A stretch of 64,000 nucleotides of DNA. It comes from the human T2T-CHM13v2.0 reference genome, Homo sapiens. The stretch lies in assembly GCF_009914755.1 (NCBI RefSeq), contig NC_060941.1, one strand, 5' to 3'. A program made the position numbers and the translations under genes. The number at the start of each line of letters is the position of its first letter. Position 1 is the first letter of the stretch. A model generated the notes under the pieces. That model searched no databases, had not been told where the DNA came from, and saw nothing but the letters and a program-made list of their open reading frames with translations. Of the stretch, positions 36,400-50,710 are shown one piece after another.

Positions 36400-37505
36400 A
36401 CCTTGCTTTGTCACAAAACAAAGCCAATAGGATCACCAACAGTTTAAGACTGGTTTACTCAAAACGAATTCATTGTTTTACATAGCTGAACACAGAAATG
36501 ATAAATAATGTTCTATAAATATTTGTTGGTTGACAGCTTTGGAACAATGTCCTCTAGAAAAAGCTGAACGTAGCCACCCACCTTGTACGAGAGCCGCAAA
36601 GAATAGCCATGTGCCTGAATATGTGTCAGCCGCTGTGTGACTGGAGGGGCTGAGGAAGGGGCGTAGAGGGTGTTGTGAGGTCCCTTCCGACAAGCAGTCA
36701 AGAACGCATAGAAATACATTACAAAAATTAAATAGATAAGTTGAAATGCATGTTAAGAAGAGCCCCAGAGTGTGGTTGCTTGGGTAGGGGTAGGTTCAGG
36801 AATTGAAGGGACGTCCCTAGGGCCTGGGTCCCTGCCTCCTAATTTGCCACAAATGTAACAGTGTCTTGTTGCTTCCAGGTCACTCAGGGATTCGACTCTG
36901 AGGTCAGTGATGCACTTGGCACCAGAACTCGATGGGGTTGGCACAGACCTGCCAGCCTCAGCCACTTTCATTCTGGAAGCTGTTAAAAGAGACAGTTATA
37001 AAAATTGAGGAATCAGCAAGAGAATTCCTGGTTCCGTGCTACCTTCTTCTCTCTGTCTTGGCAAGTGTCGGGCCTGTCCACTTGCTCAGGACTCTTTGTC
37101 CAACCTCAGCTCCCTAGACCTTTCATCAGTGGCTCAGGGGGTCTCTTCAGGCAGCCTCTTCCGGCTAACACTTCCTCCTGTCTTCCCTCTGTCAGGGGCA
37201 GCTCTTCCGTGGTTCCTTGCAGACCCCAGGTCAGGCCAGAAAACACCTCTATGGCCCTTCCCTGTGTCCCACCACCAGATAGGACCTCAAAGGCCTGGGG
37301 TCCCCAGGATGGCCCTCAAACCGACTGGTGCCCTTGCAGGCTGCCACCCTCCAAGTCCTGCTTCTCTCTAGAGATGGGCAGGAGCACCAGCCCTCACCTG
37401 GCACCAGCAGTGAGTCTCATAATTGCCATCTACCATTTTGCTAGGGGGCTTCTGGGGATCCTAGGAAAAGCAGCAGATGCCTGGGTGCTTGGGGACCTGG
37501 GCATT
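36400..37505 (-). pseudogene. Decayed CCL3-like CC-chemokine relic, copy 2 (exon 2 at 37398-37505, exon 3 at 36884-36979)
   Basis: Duplicate of 22860-23964 at offset 13541. Confidence 0.85.
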
Positions 37506-40500
37506 CTGAGGGAAGGAGCAGCGTGACCCTGAGTCATTTTTCACTGGGGACAAGTGAGCCAACTCCTTCTACCCAGTGATAAAATCAGAAGGAAGCAGAT
37601 GGAGACAGCACTGTTCAGGGGATGATTTGGGGATGAGAAGAACTGGCAGGAAGTTGGGGATGTGGGGGTGAGAAGAACCAGCAGGAAGTTGGGGATTTCT
37701 TGTTTCCCCACTTTTCCCTTCCATTTCTGTTTGAGCCTTAGGTTTGGCCTCCGTCTCCCTCTGTAGGAATTGCAGCTAATTAAATATTCTGCCTCTTATT
37801 CCAGCTTTACTGGTGGAACATAATATGGTCTAAGAAGAGATTTTTCCAGCAAGAGGCCATCTCTGCAAATCACCTGTGAGGCAGACCTGTGGCAATTTTA
37901 TGACTCAGCTGGCCACCGGGATTGTAGCTGGGTTCTGCCGCTTGTTGAAACCTACTCAGTGTTCTCCTTCCCTAAGTAGGACAAGACCGTATCCTGCCTT
38001 TAAGGTTTATAGAATAAAAACTGAAAACTCTTTGGGGAAGAAAATCTTCCTGAACAGATAGCCCAGGGCATTTTGAAAATCCCTTAGGAAGTTCTCTGTT
38101 TCACTTGGGTACCTTTGTCCTTGGACTTTGGTGATGTGGTTTGACCCCAGCTAGAGAGTGAGGGGAACAACAGCAAAAGGCAGGACAAAGACTGACTCGT
38201 GAGAGGAGGCCCGGGAACAGGGGGCCATTGTGAATGAGGAGGACGTGGGGGCCCAAGAAAGTGAGCAAAAGAGGACAGGGCTTGCGCACTCAGTCACCAG
38301 CCCCCTTCTGGGGTCCAAGCTGTGTCCCCTTCTCTAAAGAGGTAAGCCCTGAGTCATGGGAAGATGGAAACCGGGGCTGATGAGACAGGATGTTTTTTAA
38401 GCACCGTGGTGTCTTGTTGACTTGCACATGCACGGGGGTCTTGGGTAACCACAGGGCTCAGGGTATTTGCAGGAACAGTTCAAGTGCTCACTTGTCTTGG
38501 GGCTGTTTATGGGGAAGTGGTTTCCACAGTGAGAGGACGTAAGATATTGTTGTCACCCCGGACCACACTTAGCTAGTTCCTTCTCACTAAAGCTCTGTAG
38601 TCATATTTTCCCTGGCAGAGCAGAAACTTCTATGTTATCCCACAGCTGTTCTAACGGTGTAGACTTGACTTATGCAATGATGCCAGGAGTCCTGAGCAGC
38701 ACAGCCCAACTTCAATCACACACAGATGGACAGAGCTGTATTAGCAAAGCCTGAGCTACTGAGCGATGAGAGTACAGCCAGGCTTTCAGACATCTGTTCA
38801 TTCAAGAGAGATATGCGCTAAGCCAAGGACCTAAAGATGTGTTTAATGTGGGTGCTAATATGCATAAGGAACCTTGAAATAAATGTTCTTAGCCTTTGGC
38901 CAAGAGGGTCCATGTCTAGGAATCTATTCTCCATAGAAATAAATTCAAATATGGAAAAAATGAACAATGCATAAGTGTATTTGGTCCCCAGCATATTTAT
39001 AGCAACTTAAAATTGGACCCAATTTAAATGCCTATGATATGGAAATTGCTGAGAAAATTATGGGCTCTTCCCTTAATTGGCTATTAGGCAGCCTTTACAA
39101 ACAATGCAGTGACATGAGAAATGCTTATGTTATGGTAAGTTTAAAAAACTCAAGATGCAAATCAGCTTATTTTAATCAGGAGCCACCTAGCATTTGGGAT
39201 GTGGTCAATCCCACATAATGTATTTTTGTGGATGCAGTTCCCAGGAAAGAAGAGGAATAAAAACGGCAAGTATGAAGTGTCTCCTTCGCTTGCAGTCTCC
39301 TTGTCTACCCCTTTGTCCATCCACTATGAAAGGACTCCCTTCTGTTCCTTAATATGGACAATTTCTATTGAGGACTCATTGTTCTAAGAATTGTCTCATC
39401 TCCTCCTGCATCCTCAGTGCCCGATCTTTGGCTTCTATGAAGGAAGGTGGGTAGTGCTTATGGCAGGGCCAGTTCTACCTTTCTCAGTATGTTCTGGCCT
39501 GGGTATGTAGCCCCATTTTCTAGTGGTTACCTTGACATCATGAAGAGTTTATGTCTCTTTTGCCCTAGATTTGGGCAATAGTCATTCATTGGGCAACAGG
39601 AAATAACACAAGTCAGCATCTCATTAAAAATAAAGTCATTCAGGAAAGTGGACGACTAATAGTTTCTAATCTAGAGAGCATAGGAGAAGAAATGTTTACC
39701 ACACACAAAGTATTAGTGCCTTTTATATCACGAAGACAAAAATAACAGGAAAAAGACAAACACATTATAGTGAAAACTTGTTTTTCCTAACCAGCATCTA
39801 TTCTGCATGTTTCCTGATGCCCGAAACTCACATTTCCTCAGGAAAATCTCCCTTCTGCACCATTCTCAGGCTTTAAGTTTATGTAAAATTCAGTAAACCC
39901 AAAGATTCAAGTTATGTGCCTTGATTAACTTAAGCAAATCAATGAAACCCATCCCCATAACCACAGCGACAGGTTAGGAAATTCGGTTCCTAAGTCAGTC
40001 ACATCCGAAAGGGCCTAGTGATGTTTTTTTCCAGTGGGATCACAGACTCACTCTTCCTTGCAGAAAATGAACAAAGGATTCATGTAACACTGGCAGGTAC
40101 TGGCAGCCACCCAGGGCCTCTCACAGGAAAGGGAGATCAGAAAGAGAAGCAAAGAGGACTCATGAGATACCATAGGGCTGCTGCGTCCAGCCTTGCCTGG
40201 AGCTAGGGCCACCTCGATGCCCTATAGTCTTGGAGCCACAACGTGCATTTACTCAAAGCCTCTTTGAGTTTGGTTTGCTTGTTTGCTTTCTGCCTGGAAA
40301 CTGCCAGCATCCTGAGAGATACGAGATCTGCATCTGTGCAGAGACACAGGGTTTGTTAAAAGTCACAGGCCCTGACTGAAGTGTGGAACTGGCTGAAATG
40401 AGAAAGTGGTAATTTGGGGAGGACCTTGTGAAATGGAAGGAGTTTTAAACCTTACATGCATCAGAATTACCTGGAGCCTTGTGAAAACACAGGTTGCTGG

Positions 40501-40822
40501 GCCCTAGTCCATTAAGAAAGGAAGTGGGGCTTAGAATGTTCATTTCTCCCATGTTCCCAGGTGATATTCACCATGCTGTCCTGTCTGGGCACTACCTTTT
40601 GCCATACCCATTACAAGGTATTGCACGTGCTGGTTGAACTATGGTCTGTCTTATTTTGGTGCTAAAAGCCTGTGCCAAATACCAACGCTGCAGCATTAAG
40701 GAATGTGATAGAAAAGATTCTGAATATAGGCCAGGCGCAGTGGCTCACGCCTGTAATCCCAGCACTTTGGGAGGCCGAGGCAGGCAGATCACGAGGTCAG
40801 GAGATCAAGACCATCCTGGCTA

Positions 40823-41053
<231 letters not shown>

Positions 41054-41487
41054 TTAGTAGCTATGTATTACATCAGTAAGGTCCTTTAAGAAAGAGTTTA
41101 GGCTGCTTTGAAATGGGCTCATCTGAAATTGAAAAAGGAAGAAATTGAACTTGCTAAAAAAGGCCCTTCCAACTTATTGACTGAGAACCCAGTAATCTGG
41201 AGACTTGAAGGGCTGTAATGGCAGAATTTTCTACTCTAAGATAAAGTTAGCATGAGCAGAGACAGGAAGATGAGAGACCTAATGAGGCCAAGGGTCAAAT
41301 ATTCATCACCTCCACATGGGCCAAGATGCAGGCAGAGGTCTCTCACCAGGGACTTGGTGGTAGAGGTGACACTGGTAGTGAGGTCTGTGCTAGAAAGTGC
41401 ACATCCCTGGCTGGGCGCGGTGGCTCACACCTGTAATCCCAGCACTTTGGGAGGCTGAGGCAGGTGGATCACGAGGTCATGAGTTCA

Positions 41488-41751
<264 letters not shown>

Positions 41752-42302
41752 TTAAAATGCAAATTCGAGCTTTGTAACTGAAAACATCTCTGCTTCTGGC
41801 TACCTGGCCCATGGAATTGATCAGAAGCAAATAGTAGCCTATGGACATTAGAAGGGAGTCACATTGCCAAAGAAACCACAAGACTGGTTCCAAACAGTCG
41901 CTGATTACACAATACCTAAGGCAACCTCAGGCTAACTCACACAGACAGGAAGTCAGCAGCCTCCAGAAAGCAGATCCTCCACATTGCACATCTCAGATTG
42001 TCCGTGGAGGACATTCCCCCAGGGAGGAGAGCTAGGGACTGCCAGATCAGCTGAACTGCTTAAAAATGCAATTCCCATTCTCCAGTTCCCTAACAGGAGT
42101 CTGTGTTTAACTTACTCTGTTTGTTCATAACACTTGTATTTAGGGAATATTGGGCATGATTAAACTTTGTTTAGCTTTGGGTTTCTGGACCTTGTGAAAC
42201 AATTCAGTGCAGGCAAATATTGTATGCCCCTATATTTTTTTCCTGAAAGTCAATAAAGAAGGAATGATGACACCTTCACTGCATCTATGGGGACAAAAGC
42301 TG

Positions 42303-42343
<41 letters not shown>

Positions 42344-44287
42344 GAGAGACAGAGAACAGCCTTGTCAAAAGGATGTGTTTGTTGCTGTACCCTCATTATA
42401 CGAAAGCCATCATGGCATCAAAATGCTGTAAGCCAGGCTGAGCTCTATTCTCTCTGCATCAACTCAGAATCCCTACCAGAAAGTGGTTGTGATGGATGGA
42501 ATATCACCCATCAAAGAACAGGGTAAGATGAGACCAGAGAGGTAAGCTATGCAAGCTAATCAGAAAATAACTCAAAGTTTTAAAAGTGCAGAATATAAAA
42601 AGGAAAAACCCTCATTCCTAAAAAAATTTAAAAAAAGCCTCATTTCCTCAAAGAAACGACAGTTAGCTATTTGATGTGTGTCTTTCCAAATATTTGCCTA
42701 TGTAAATATATGTGTGTATATGGCTTTTAAAAATAAAAACAAAATAATATCCTTTACAGACAGTTTTGTAGCATATGTAGAGAATATATATGCATATACT
42801 GAATGTAAATAGATATGCATTTTACCTAGAATATTGCGGACACTTTCCACAGTTATAGATGTGTGCTGCTTTTGTTTACTGACTGCAGAATATTCCATTG
42901 ATGGACATCTTAATCCTCTACTTATTAATCCCCTACTGATGACTGTTTGCATTTCTTTGCTCTTTACCAACCATACTTGAAAGAATATCCTCATGTCTAC
43001 ATATTCTTATCTTTTGGCAGTGTTTCTATGAAGCAGATTCCTAGAAATGGGATCAGGTCAAATGGGATGTAGGTCACATAGTATGTGCATTTTAATATCT
43101 GCTAAGTAGTAGTGTTTAATTATGCTTTAAAGAGTTTGAGCCCTACAATTCTAAACATGTTTGGACACAGAAATTAGATTATTTTAAACAAAATGAAATA
43201 AGCATAGCTCATAAAAATTAACACGTTTGGTTTTCACACAAATATTTTGAATTTCCCTTTCTTCTGCAAAAAGGACCCTAGCTTAGTATGCATTTCTTGT
43301 ACATATAATGCAAGCAATCCATCTATTAAATAACTTACCTTTCAAACCTATAGACAGCATCCTGCTCCACACAGAAGCTGGTTGTCTTTTCATTCTCTAA
43401 CATTAGCTATTTATTTTGTAGAGTGTAGATTCTAGAGAAATAATGTATAATACACCTGTTGCCATATGCAGAGACTTACCACATTTAGAAAACAGTGGTG
43501 AATTCTATTGACAGTGGCTCTCAGTCATTAACATGCTATGGAACACCTCATGAGCTTGATAAAAATATCAGTTCCCAGGTCTACACCTAAAGATCCTGAT
43601 GTAATTGGCTTAAATAATCACTGCTGAAACACTCTATGTCAACTCAGAATCCTGACAGGAAGTGGTTGCAATGGATAAAGTATCATCTGTTAAAGAATGG
43701 GGTAAGATTTGAGTATAGGCGGGTCATACTTTGGGAAATAACTTGGTCAATGGTTAACAGCATAGTCTGTAGTTCAATAAAAGTCCAGTTTTGGAACACA
43801 ATTGACCGTTTACGTGCTGTGTAACCTCAGCCAAGTTGTCTAACCTTTCTGAGCCCTGGGTTACTTTTCTGTCAAGTGGAGGTATTAATAGTACCTAAGC
43901 TGTACTATTGCATTGGTAAGATTAAATGAACAATGTATAAAAAGCACTCAGTAGGAGGAGTAAGCCTCAACAATGTAAATAATTGCTATTAAGAGCTTGA
44001 TTCATCATGAATATGCCCTACAGAATACTCTGCTTAATGGTGGCCATTCAAGTAGTTAATTCTCCTAGAGCGTGCATATTACGATTTGAGTTATAACATA
44101 TTCGTAGTTTCAATGTTCCAGAACTTTGTGAAGTGGATAACTCTGTCGTAGCGCTCCCCATCTCTCCCAATTTCCCTCCATTTCACCTCTTCCTAATCTT
44201 TGCCTATGATTCCTCTTAACCAGTGATTTTGATTTGCCAGAAAAACAAAACCAAACTCAATACTGGTTTACCGTTTAAAAGAACATC

Positions 44288-44293
44288 TTTATT
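44288..44293 (-). terminator. CCL3L1 polyadenylation signal AATAAA
   Basis: tttatt on plus strand about 390 nt after the stop. Confidence 0.8.
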
Positions 44294-44484
44294 ATTTCCC
44301 CAGGCCGATCACAGCCCTGAACAAAAGCATCTGATACACATTTGTCAGTCTGGTGGCTTTGGTGCCATGACTGCCTACACAGGCCGATGACAGCCACTCG
44401 GTTGTCACCAGACACACTGTGAGGGAAGGTGGAGGGGACAGGGGGAACTCTCAGAGCAAACAATCACAAACACACTGTGAAATC

Positions 44485-44540
44485 AAAAATAAATTATAAA
44501 AACTAAATAGTATAAATAAATTAAAATTTAAGTTAAGAAG
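44485..44540 (-). promoter_or_regulatory. AU-rich element in the CCL3L1 3'UTR
   Basis: Minus strand ttaaattttaatttatttatactatttagtttttataatttattttt has overlapping ATTTA pentamers. Confidence 0.75.
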
Positions 44541-44683
44541 AGTCCCACAGTGTGGCTGTTTGGCAATAACCAGTCCATAGAAGAGGTAGCTGTGGAGGTC
44601 ACACGCATGTTCCCAAGGCTCAGGCTCCTGCTCCTCCCCACTGGGCCCACTGAGGTCGCTGGGCCTCGAAGCTTCTGGACCCC

Positions 44684-46071
44684 TCAGGCACTCGGCTCCA
44701 GGTCACTGACGTATTTCTGGACCCACTCCTCACTGGGGTCAGCACAGACCTGCCGGCCTCTCTTGGTTAGGAAGCTGTGGAGAAGGGAGGAAGAGTTAAG
44801 CACTGGGGAATCCAGCCGGGGAATCCTGGGCCCACCATGGCCCTGACATCCTGCTCTCTGTCCTGGGCAGCTCAAGGCCTGCTCCTCTCTCAGGGGCCCC
44901 CTGCCTATCTCCGTCTAGAGAGCTTCTCTCAGTGACTCCAGGCAAGGGGGCCCTCAGAGTGTCCTGCTGCCTCCTTCTTCCTGTTCCTTTCCTCTGGCCT
45001 GGGGCAGCCCTTCCTGACTCTGTAACACCCACCTCACTCCAGCCCCAAGTCAGGTCACACCTCAGTGCCCTGCGTCCTGTATCCCCGATAGGCTCCTGAA
45101 GGCTGGGCCTTTCCAGGATGGCCTTCTGGCCTGTTTCTGCCCCCACCCTGACACTCCCTACCTCCCTAGAGGTGAGCAGGAAGACTGGCACTTACATGAC
45201 ACTGGGCTTGGAGCACTGGCTGCTCGTCTCAAAGTAGTCAGCTATGAAATTCTGTGGAATCTGCCGGGAGGTGTAGCTGAAGCAGCAGGCGGTCGGCGTG
45301 TCAGCAGCAACTGCGGAGAAAGGAGAGAATAAGCCCGAGTCACAGCTCAGAAGAAAAGGCCAGGCAGCTTCTGATCCCTGAGTGGTTGAGGAGGGCAGGC
45401 TTGCTCAGACCAAGTGACTGCAAGGCATTTGGGGGGTTTTGCAGAGAAATGTCTCTTTGTTTCTGTCTATATTCCTCTTTCCCCTTGACTCTTCATAGTG
45501 GGTTCTCTGTTTCTCTATGTGATCCAGATACCTGAATGGACTGTTCTCTTAGCTCTCTTCATGGAATTTTGTCGGTTCAAGAAGTCATACCCCAGCCCAA
45601 GAGAAGCCCTGGACATCTCTCATAAGACATCCAAGGGACAGGGCTCCTGGGAGACCTAGGGTGAGCTGGAGAGTGAACAACAGACCCCACTGGGAAGTAA
45701 GCAGCCCTGGATTCTGCCTCTTGCAAACTGATTCGTTTTGAACCCTGTTTTTCTATCTGTACAAGGGACTGTAACTCCCCTGCCCCTGCCTAGATTCTCA
45801 TACCTGGAGACTAGGAGGGCTAAGACCCCTTCTAGAGATAAAAATAAAAGTTGTGAAGAAAAAGACCAAGGTGTTTGGCAGCGCTTTAAGAACTTCCTTC
45901 TTTTCTCTTCGGGGCTCTCAGGCCGCAAAAAAAGACTGATGTGGTCTAACCATGGCCAGAGAGTGGTGATACCCACAACAACAACATGGACTCACGTGGT
46001 GCAGAGAGGACCTGGTTGCAGAGAGCCATGGTGCAGAGGAGGACGGCAAGGGCAGCAGTGGAGACCTGCAT
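44684..46071 (-). CDS. CCL3L1: C-C motif chemokine 3-like (LD78beta / MIP-1alphaP), 93 aa precursor
   Basis: Exons 45996-46071, 45196-45310 and 44684-44774 total 282 nt: [102 protein letters not shown] and KRG mark it as CCL3L rather than CCL3. Adjacency to the truncated copy favours CCL3L1 over CCL3L3. Confidence 0.95.
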
Positions 46072-46179
46072 GATTGGGAGCAGGTGATGGAATGTGGGCT
46101 CGAGTGTCAGCAGAGCCAAGAAGGGACTGACTACTCTTTGCTGCCTGCGTCCTTCTGATGTCTGAAGCCATCTCTCCTC

Positions 46180-46280
46180 TTTATAGGCAGCCCTGGCGGA
46201 TGGGGAAATGGAATCTGGGGGTGAGGAGGGAAATTTTTAAGTGTAGTGATGCTGTCATGCTGAGTGTTGCACAACTCAGG
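46180..46280 (-). promoter_or_regulatory. CCL3L1 core promoter: TATAAA at 46180-46185, with NF-kB-like (gggaaatttt) and C/EBP-like (ttgcacaa) sites
   Basis: Motifs read directly upstream of exon 1. Confidence 0.7.
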
Positions 46281-46465
46281 GTCCCTGGTGACCACAGGGG
46301 CTCAGGATATCCAAGAATAGCATCTCTGAGCTACTCTCTAACTCTCAGCTCTCAACTCATGACTGGTTCTAGCTTCATGGGGTTTCTCCTGTGAGTGTGA
46401 AGAGGGGTGTGTGTCAACCCAAGGCTATTCTTAGTTGATCCCTTCTCATAAGAACTGGTCTATGC

Positions 46466-46764
46466 AGCCAGGCATGGTCGCTCACACCTGTAATCCCAAC
46501 ACTTTGGGAGGCCGAGGCTGCGGATCACCTGAGGTCAGGAGTTTGAGACCAACCTGACCAAGAAAGAGAAACTCCATCTCTACTAAAAATACAAAAGTAG
46601 TCAGGCGTGGTGGCACATGCCTGTAATCCCAGCTACTCGGGAGGCTGAGGGCAGGAGAATCGCTTGAACCCAGGAGGTGGGGGCTGTGGTGAGCTGAGAT
46701 CATGCCATTGCACTCCAGCCTGGGCAACAAAAGTGAAACTCCATCTCAAAAAAAAAAAAAAAAA
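46466..46764 (+). mobile_element. Alu in the CCL3L1 proximal promoter, TSD aagaa(c/t)tggtctatgca
   Basis: Full Alu flanked by a 17-bp direct repeat with one mismatch. Confidence 0.93.
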
Positions 46765-49700
46765 GAATTGGTCTATGCATGAACTCTCCAGCCCCATTCC
46801 TTCCCACAGAGCTGTAATTCTGCTTCCTCAGCTGCTATAACCACAAGGATAGGGTCAATGGGCTGATGCTGTGGAGGGCTAGACAACCCCCAGTCCTCCC
46901 AGAGGAAAGGAACTCAATGAAAGCTGGAGGAATAGAAAGCATGAGGTCACGTTTCAGTCATTTGTCTATTTATTAGTCTCGGAGTGACTGGGGCGCTGTG
47001 TTAAACGCTAGTTGTGGATCATAAAAATACTTTAGAGGTGGGTGTCAGTATGTCAGGTGCCTAGAAATATGTGTAGCCATTAACCTAGAAAAAGCATTTC
47101 TGGGAAAGAGTTCTGTGGAAACAACCCAAATATGGAGCCATCTTCAAACATAAAGATACCTGACCCAGCATCATTTATAACTCTAAAATAAGCAAAGCTA
47201 AATTTTTCTCTATCAGGGAATGATAAATTATCCACAAGATCCTTTATTATTAAGTCTCTAACGTGAATGAAGTGGCATAAATATGCTTATAACATCAGTG
47301 GTTAAAAAAAAAGCAAGATAAAACATTATACAAATTCTATAAAATTTGAAGAATTGTATAAAGATATATATATGCCATGCCAACTCTAGGCATGGAAAAA
47401 ATTAAAAGGCTTGGAAATACATGCCTTAAAGAATGAATAGTGCTTAGATCCATGGGTGATTTATTTTCTTATTTTTTTCTTTTTCTGAATTTTCCTCATT
47501 TTATTTAGTGAGACTTTATTACCTTCTTGGTCAACCCACAAATTTATGAACTAATTTTGTTTTAAAACATTTCCAACATCACTGGTTGAAAAGTGGGTTG
47601 TTGTCAGTTGTTTAATCTGAAAGAAATTACTGATAAATATGCTACAGTTTCTGTTCAATGGGCTTTGCCAAAATGAAGTCTTGATTTCCCATTTCTTTGA
47701 ACCATTTTAAGGATCCTATACTATACTTACATAAATAATGCCAAACTGAAGCAGTTTTTTCCTTATTCTTTTCAACACATAATTTCAGTGGTGTGGAAGG
47801 GTCTCTACCTTCTCAGCCAGATTATATGCTTTTTTTTTTCTTTTCCATACTTTGTTATTTTATTATTTTGCAATCAATCAGCATATCTCATTTTATAATG
47901 AGAAATAGATTTAGTTGGTTTTAATGATCTTTGTTTCTGAGATGCCCCTGGTCTCATGGGGGCAGGTAGAGTGTATGAACAGGTAATTGTAAAACTCTTA
48001 GTAGAAAAAGAAATGAAAGCTCAGAACCCCATGAGGAAGAAGTGACCTTCCACCAGAGGGTTGGGGAAGGCTTCATGGAAGGGATGGAACTTTAGTTGTG
48101 TCTGGATAACTGCCCGGGATTTAGGCATCTATAGATGGGTGGGCAGTGGAGGCCCAGCTGAGGCAGAGTCCTGGGTGTGACATTGTGGCTCAGAGGAAAG
48201 AGGGGGTGCTTCAGTGGAGCTGCAGAGCAGTGGGGGTGAATATGGATGATAAAGGTAAATTGGGACCAAACCAGGACAGGCCTTGAATTCCCCCCAAAGG
48301 GGTTAGAGTTGACACACTTGATGCTGGAGAACAACGGAGGACAGAAGCCAAGTGGGACCACGCCTTTGAAATTCTGTCCTTCCTGAGTGTCTTTAGAGTT
48401 AGGTCTTTTAATACACATGAGCTCTGTTTCCATTCCACCCCAGTGATGGCTAGTGCCAGTCTTGAGGGAGGAGAAGCAGAGGCAAGATCAGGGGCCGTGG
48501 TAGGTTTCATCAGAACTTTGGCATCCACGTATCTTCCCCTATTGCTACCAATTCCAAATAAAGGTATCTCTGCCACTTGTCTCATTAGAAACCTACATCA
48601 CAGGCAATGACTCCTTCTCACCCCACCCTCTGCCTCTCAGCTCTCGTTGATACCCTGAATTGCGTTCCCTCACTCACTTCTTAGGGGAACCCCCTCCATA
48701 CTCGTGATTCCTTTTCTGGGAGCTGGCTTCTGTGAGTTGTGGAGAGTGAGAAAAGGAAATGGAAACTGCTGAATCAGTCAGTGTTCTGATAAGGGACATC
48801 CTCTATCTCTGTGATTACAGTACAGTGTGTTATAATTAGTTACCTATGTAATTTGCTCTTCAAAAACCTAGACCATGTCCTGTTGATTTTATTTTAGTTT
48901 CTTTTTCTCAAGAAATTTATAGTTTAATAAAGGCAATGTGGGAGTTTGGAAACAAACTTTGATTTTGTACTAATGATAGATTAGCAACTACACAAATTTT
49001 AGTTCACAATAAGTAATATTTATCGAGTGATCACCATGTGCTGATTTCCATAATATGGATTTACATGTTTGAACTGTCTTCAAAACAACCCTATGATTTA
49101 GTTACCAGTATACTTTCTTAGTTGAACAGGTGAAGAAACCAAAGTAAATAGAGGTTAAGCAATTTTCCGAAGGCCGTAAAGCTGATGACTAGCAGAGCAG
49201 GGATTCACATCCAGGTAGTCTGACTCTAGGTACCACACGCTACACATCCTGTACCACAACTTATTATATTTGATCCTCATACCAATCCTATAATGGTAGA
49301 TTTTTTAGAGTGTCTTCTCAGATTGTAAACCAACTCCAGACCATGTCTCGTTGGTTGATTTAAACCAAATCCTAGTACATGATGATTATAACATGATGAA
49401 CCTCCTGACCTAGTCTCTATCTCTTATTATTGTGTTCTTTATAATAAAGATGATTTATTGAATATATAATTCTATCTCAGTGTTTATATATTTGTAAGAC
49501 TTTCTCTATCAATCCCCAAACCAGGAAATAGCCCTTTGCCATGTGTTTTGGCTTGGAGTAAAATATAGTTGCACGCATAGCATTTGCTTAATTTATATAC
49601 GTTGAATGAATAATGTAAGGGAGATGTAGGACGGGGTTGAGTTGGGAGGGTCTTAGACATTTCCTAGGTGGTAAATTGATGTTCCCAGTTGAAATGACGT

Positions 49701-49939
49701 ACCCAGGGTCATGCAGGTGGAATTGGTCAGTTTTATATTCCACTGTCTGTGTTAGTTACCAGTGTATCTCCAGTGATAACCACAATGCCTGACATATAGT
49801 GAAGCTTAATATCTATTTGATGAATAAATAAATCACTGATTTGACTAACAATATGTGTTATGCCTGAACTCTCACTATGGAGTTGAAATACTAATGGGAA
49901 AGGTAGGATAAGAAAGGCCATGGTGAGTGGGAACGGGGA

Positions 49940-50538
<599 letters not shown>

Positions 50539-50579
50539 TCAGTAACTTGGATCTAAAAGTTTATGATTTGCTTTAAAGA

Positions 50580-50710
50580 TAAAGGAAAGAAAGAAAGAAG
50601 AAAAAGAAGAAAGAGAAAGAAGAAAGAAAAAAGAAAGAAAGACGAAAGAAAGAAAGAAGCAAAGAGGGAAGGAGAGAGAGAAAGAAAAGAAAAGAAAAGA
50701 GAAAAAGGCC
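50580..50710. repeat. GA-rich (GAAA)n low-complexity tract
   Basis: Direct reading. Confidence 0.9.
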
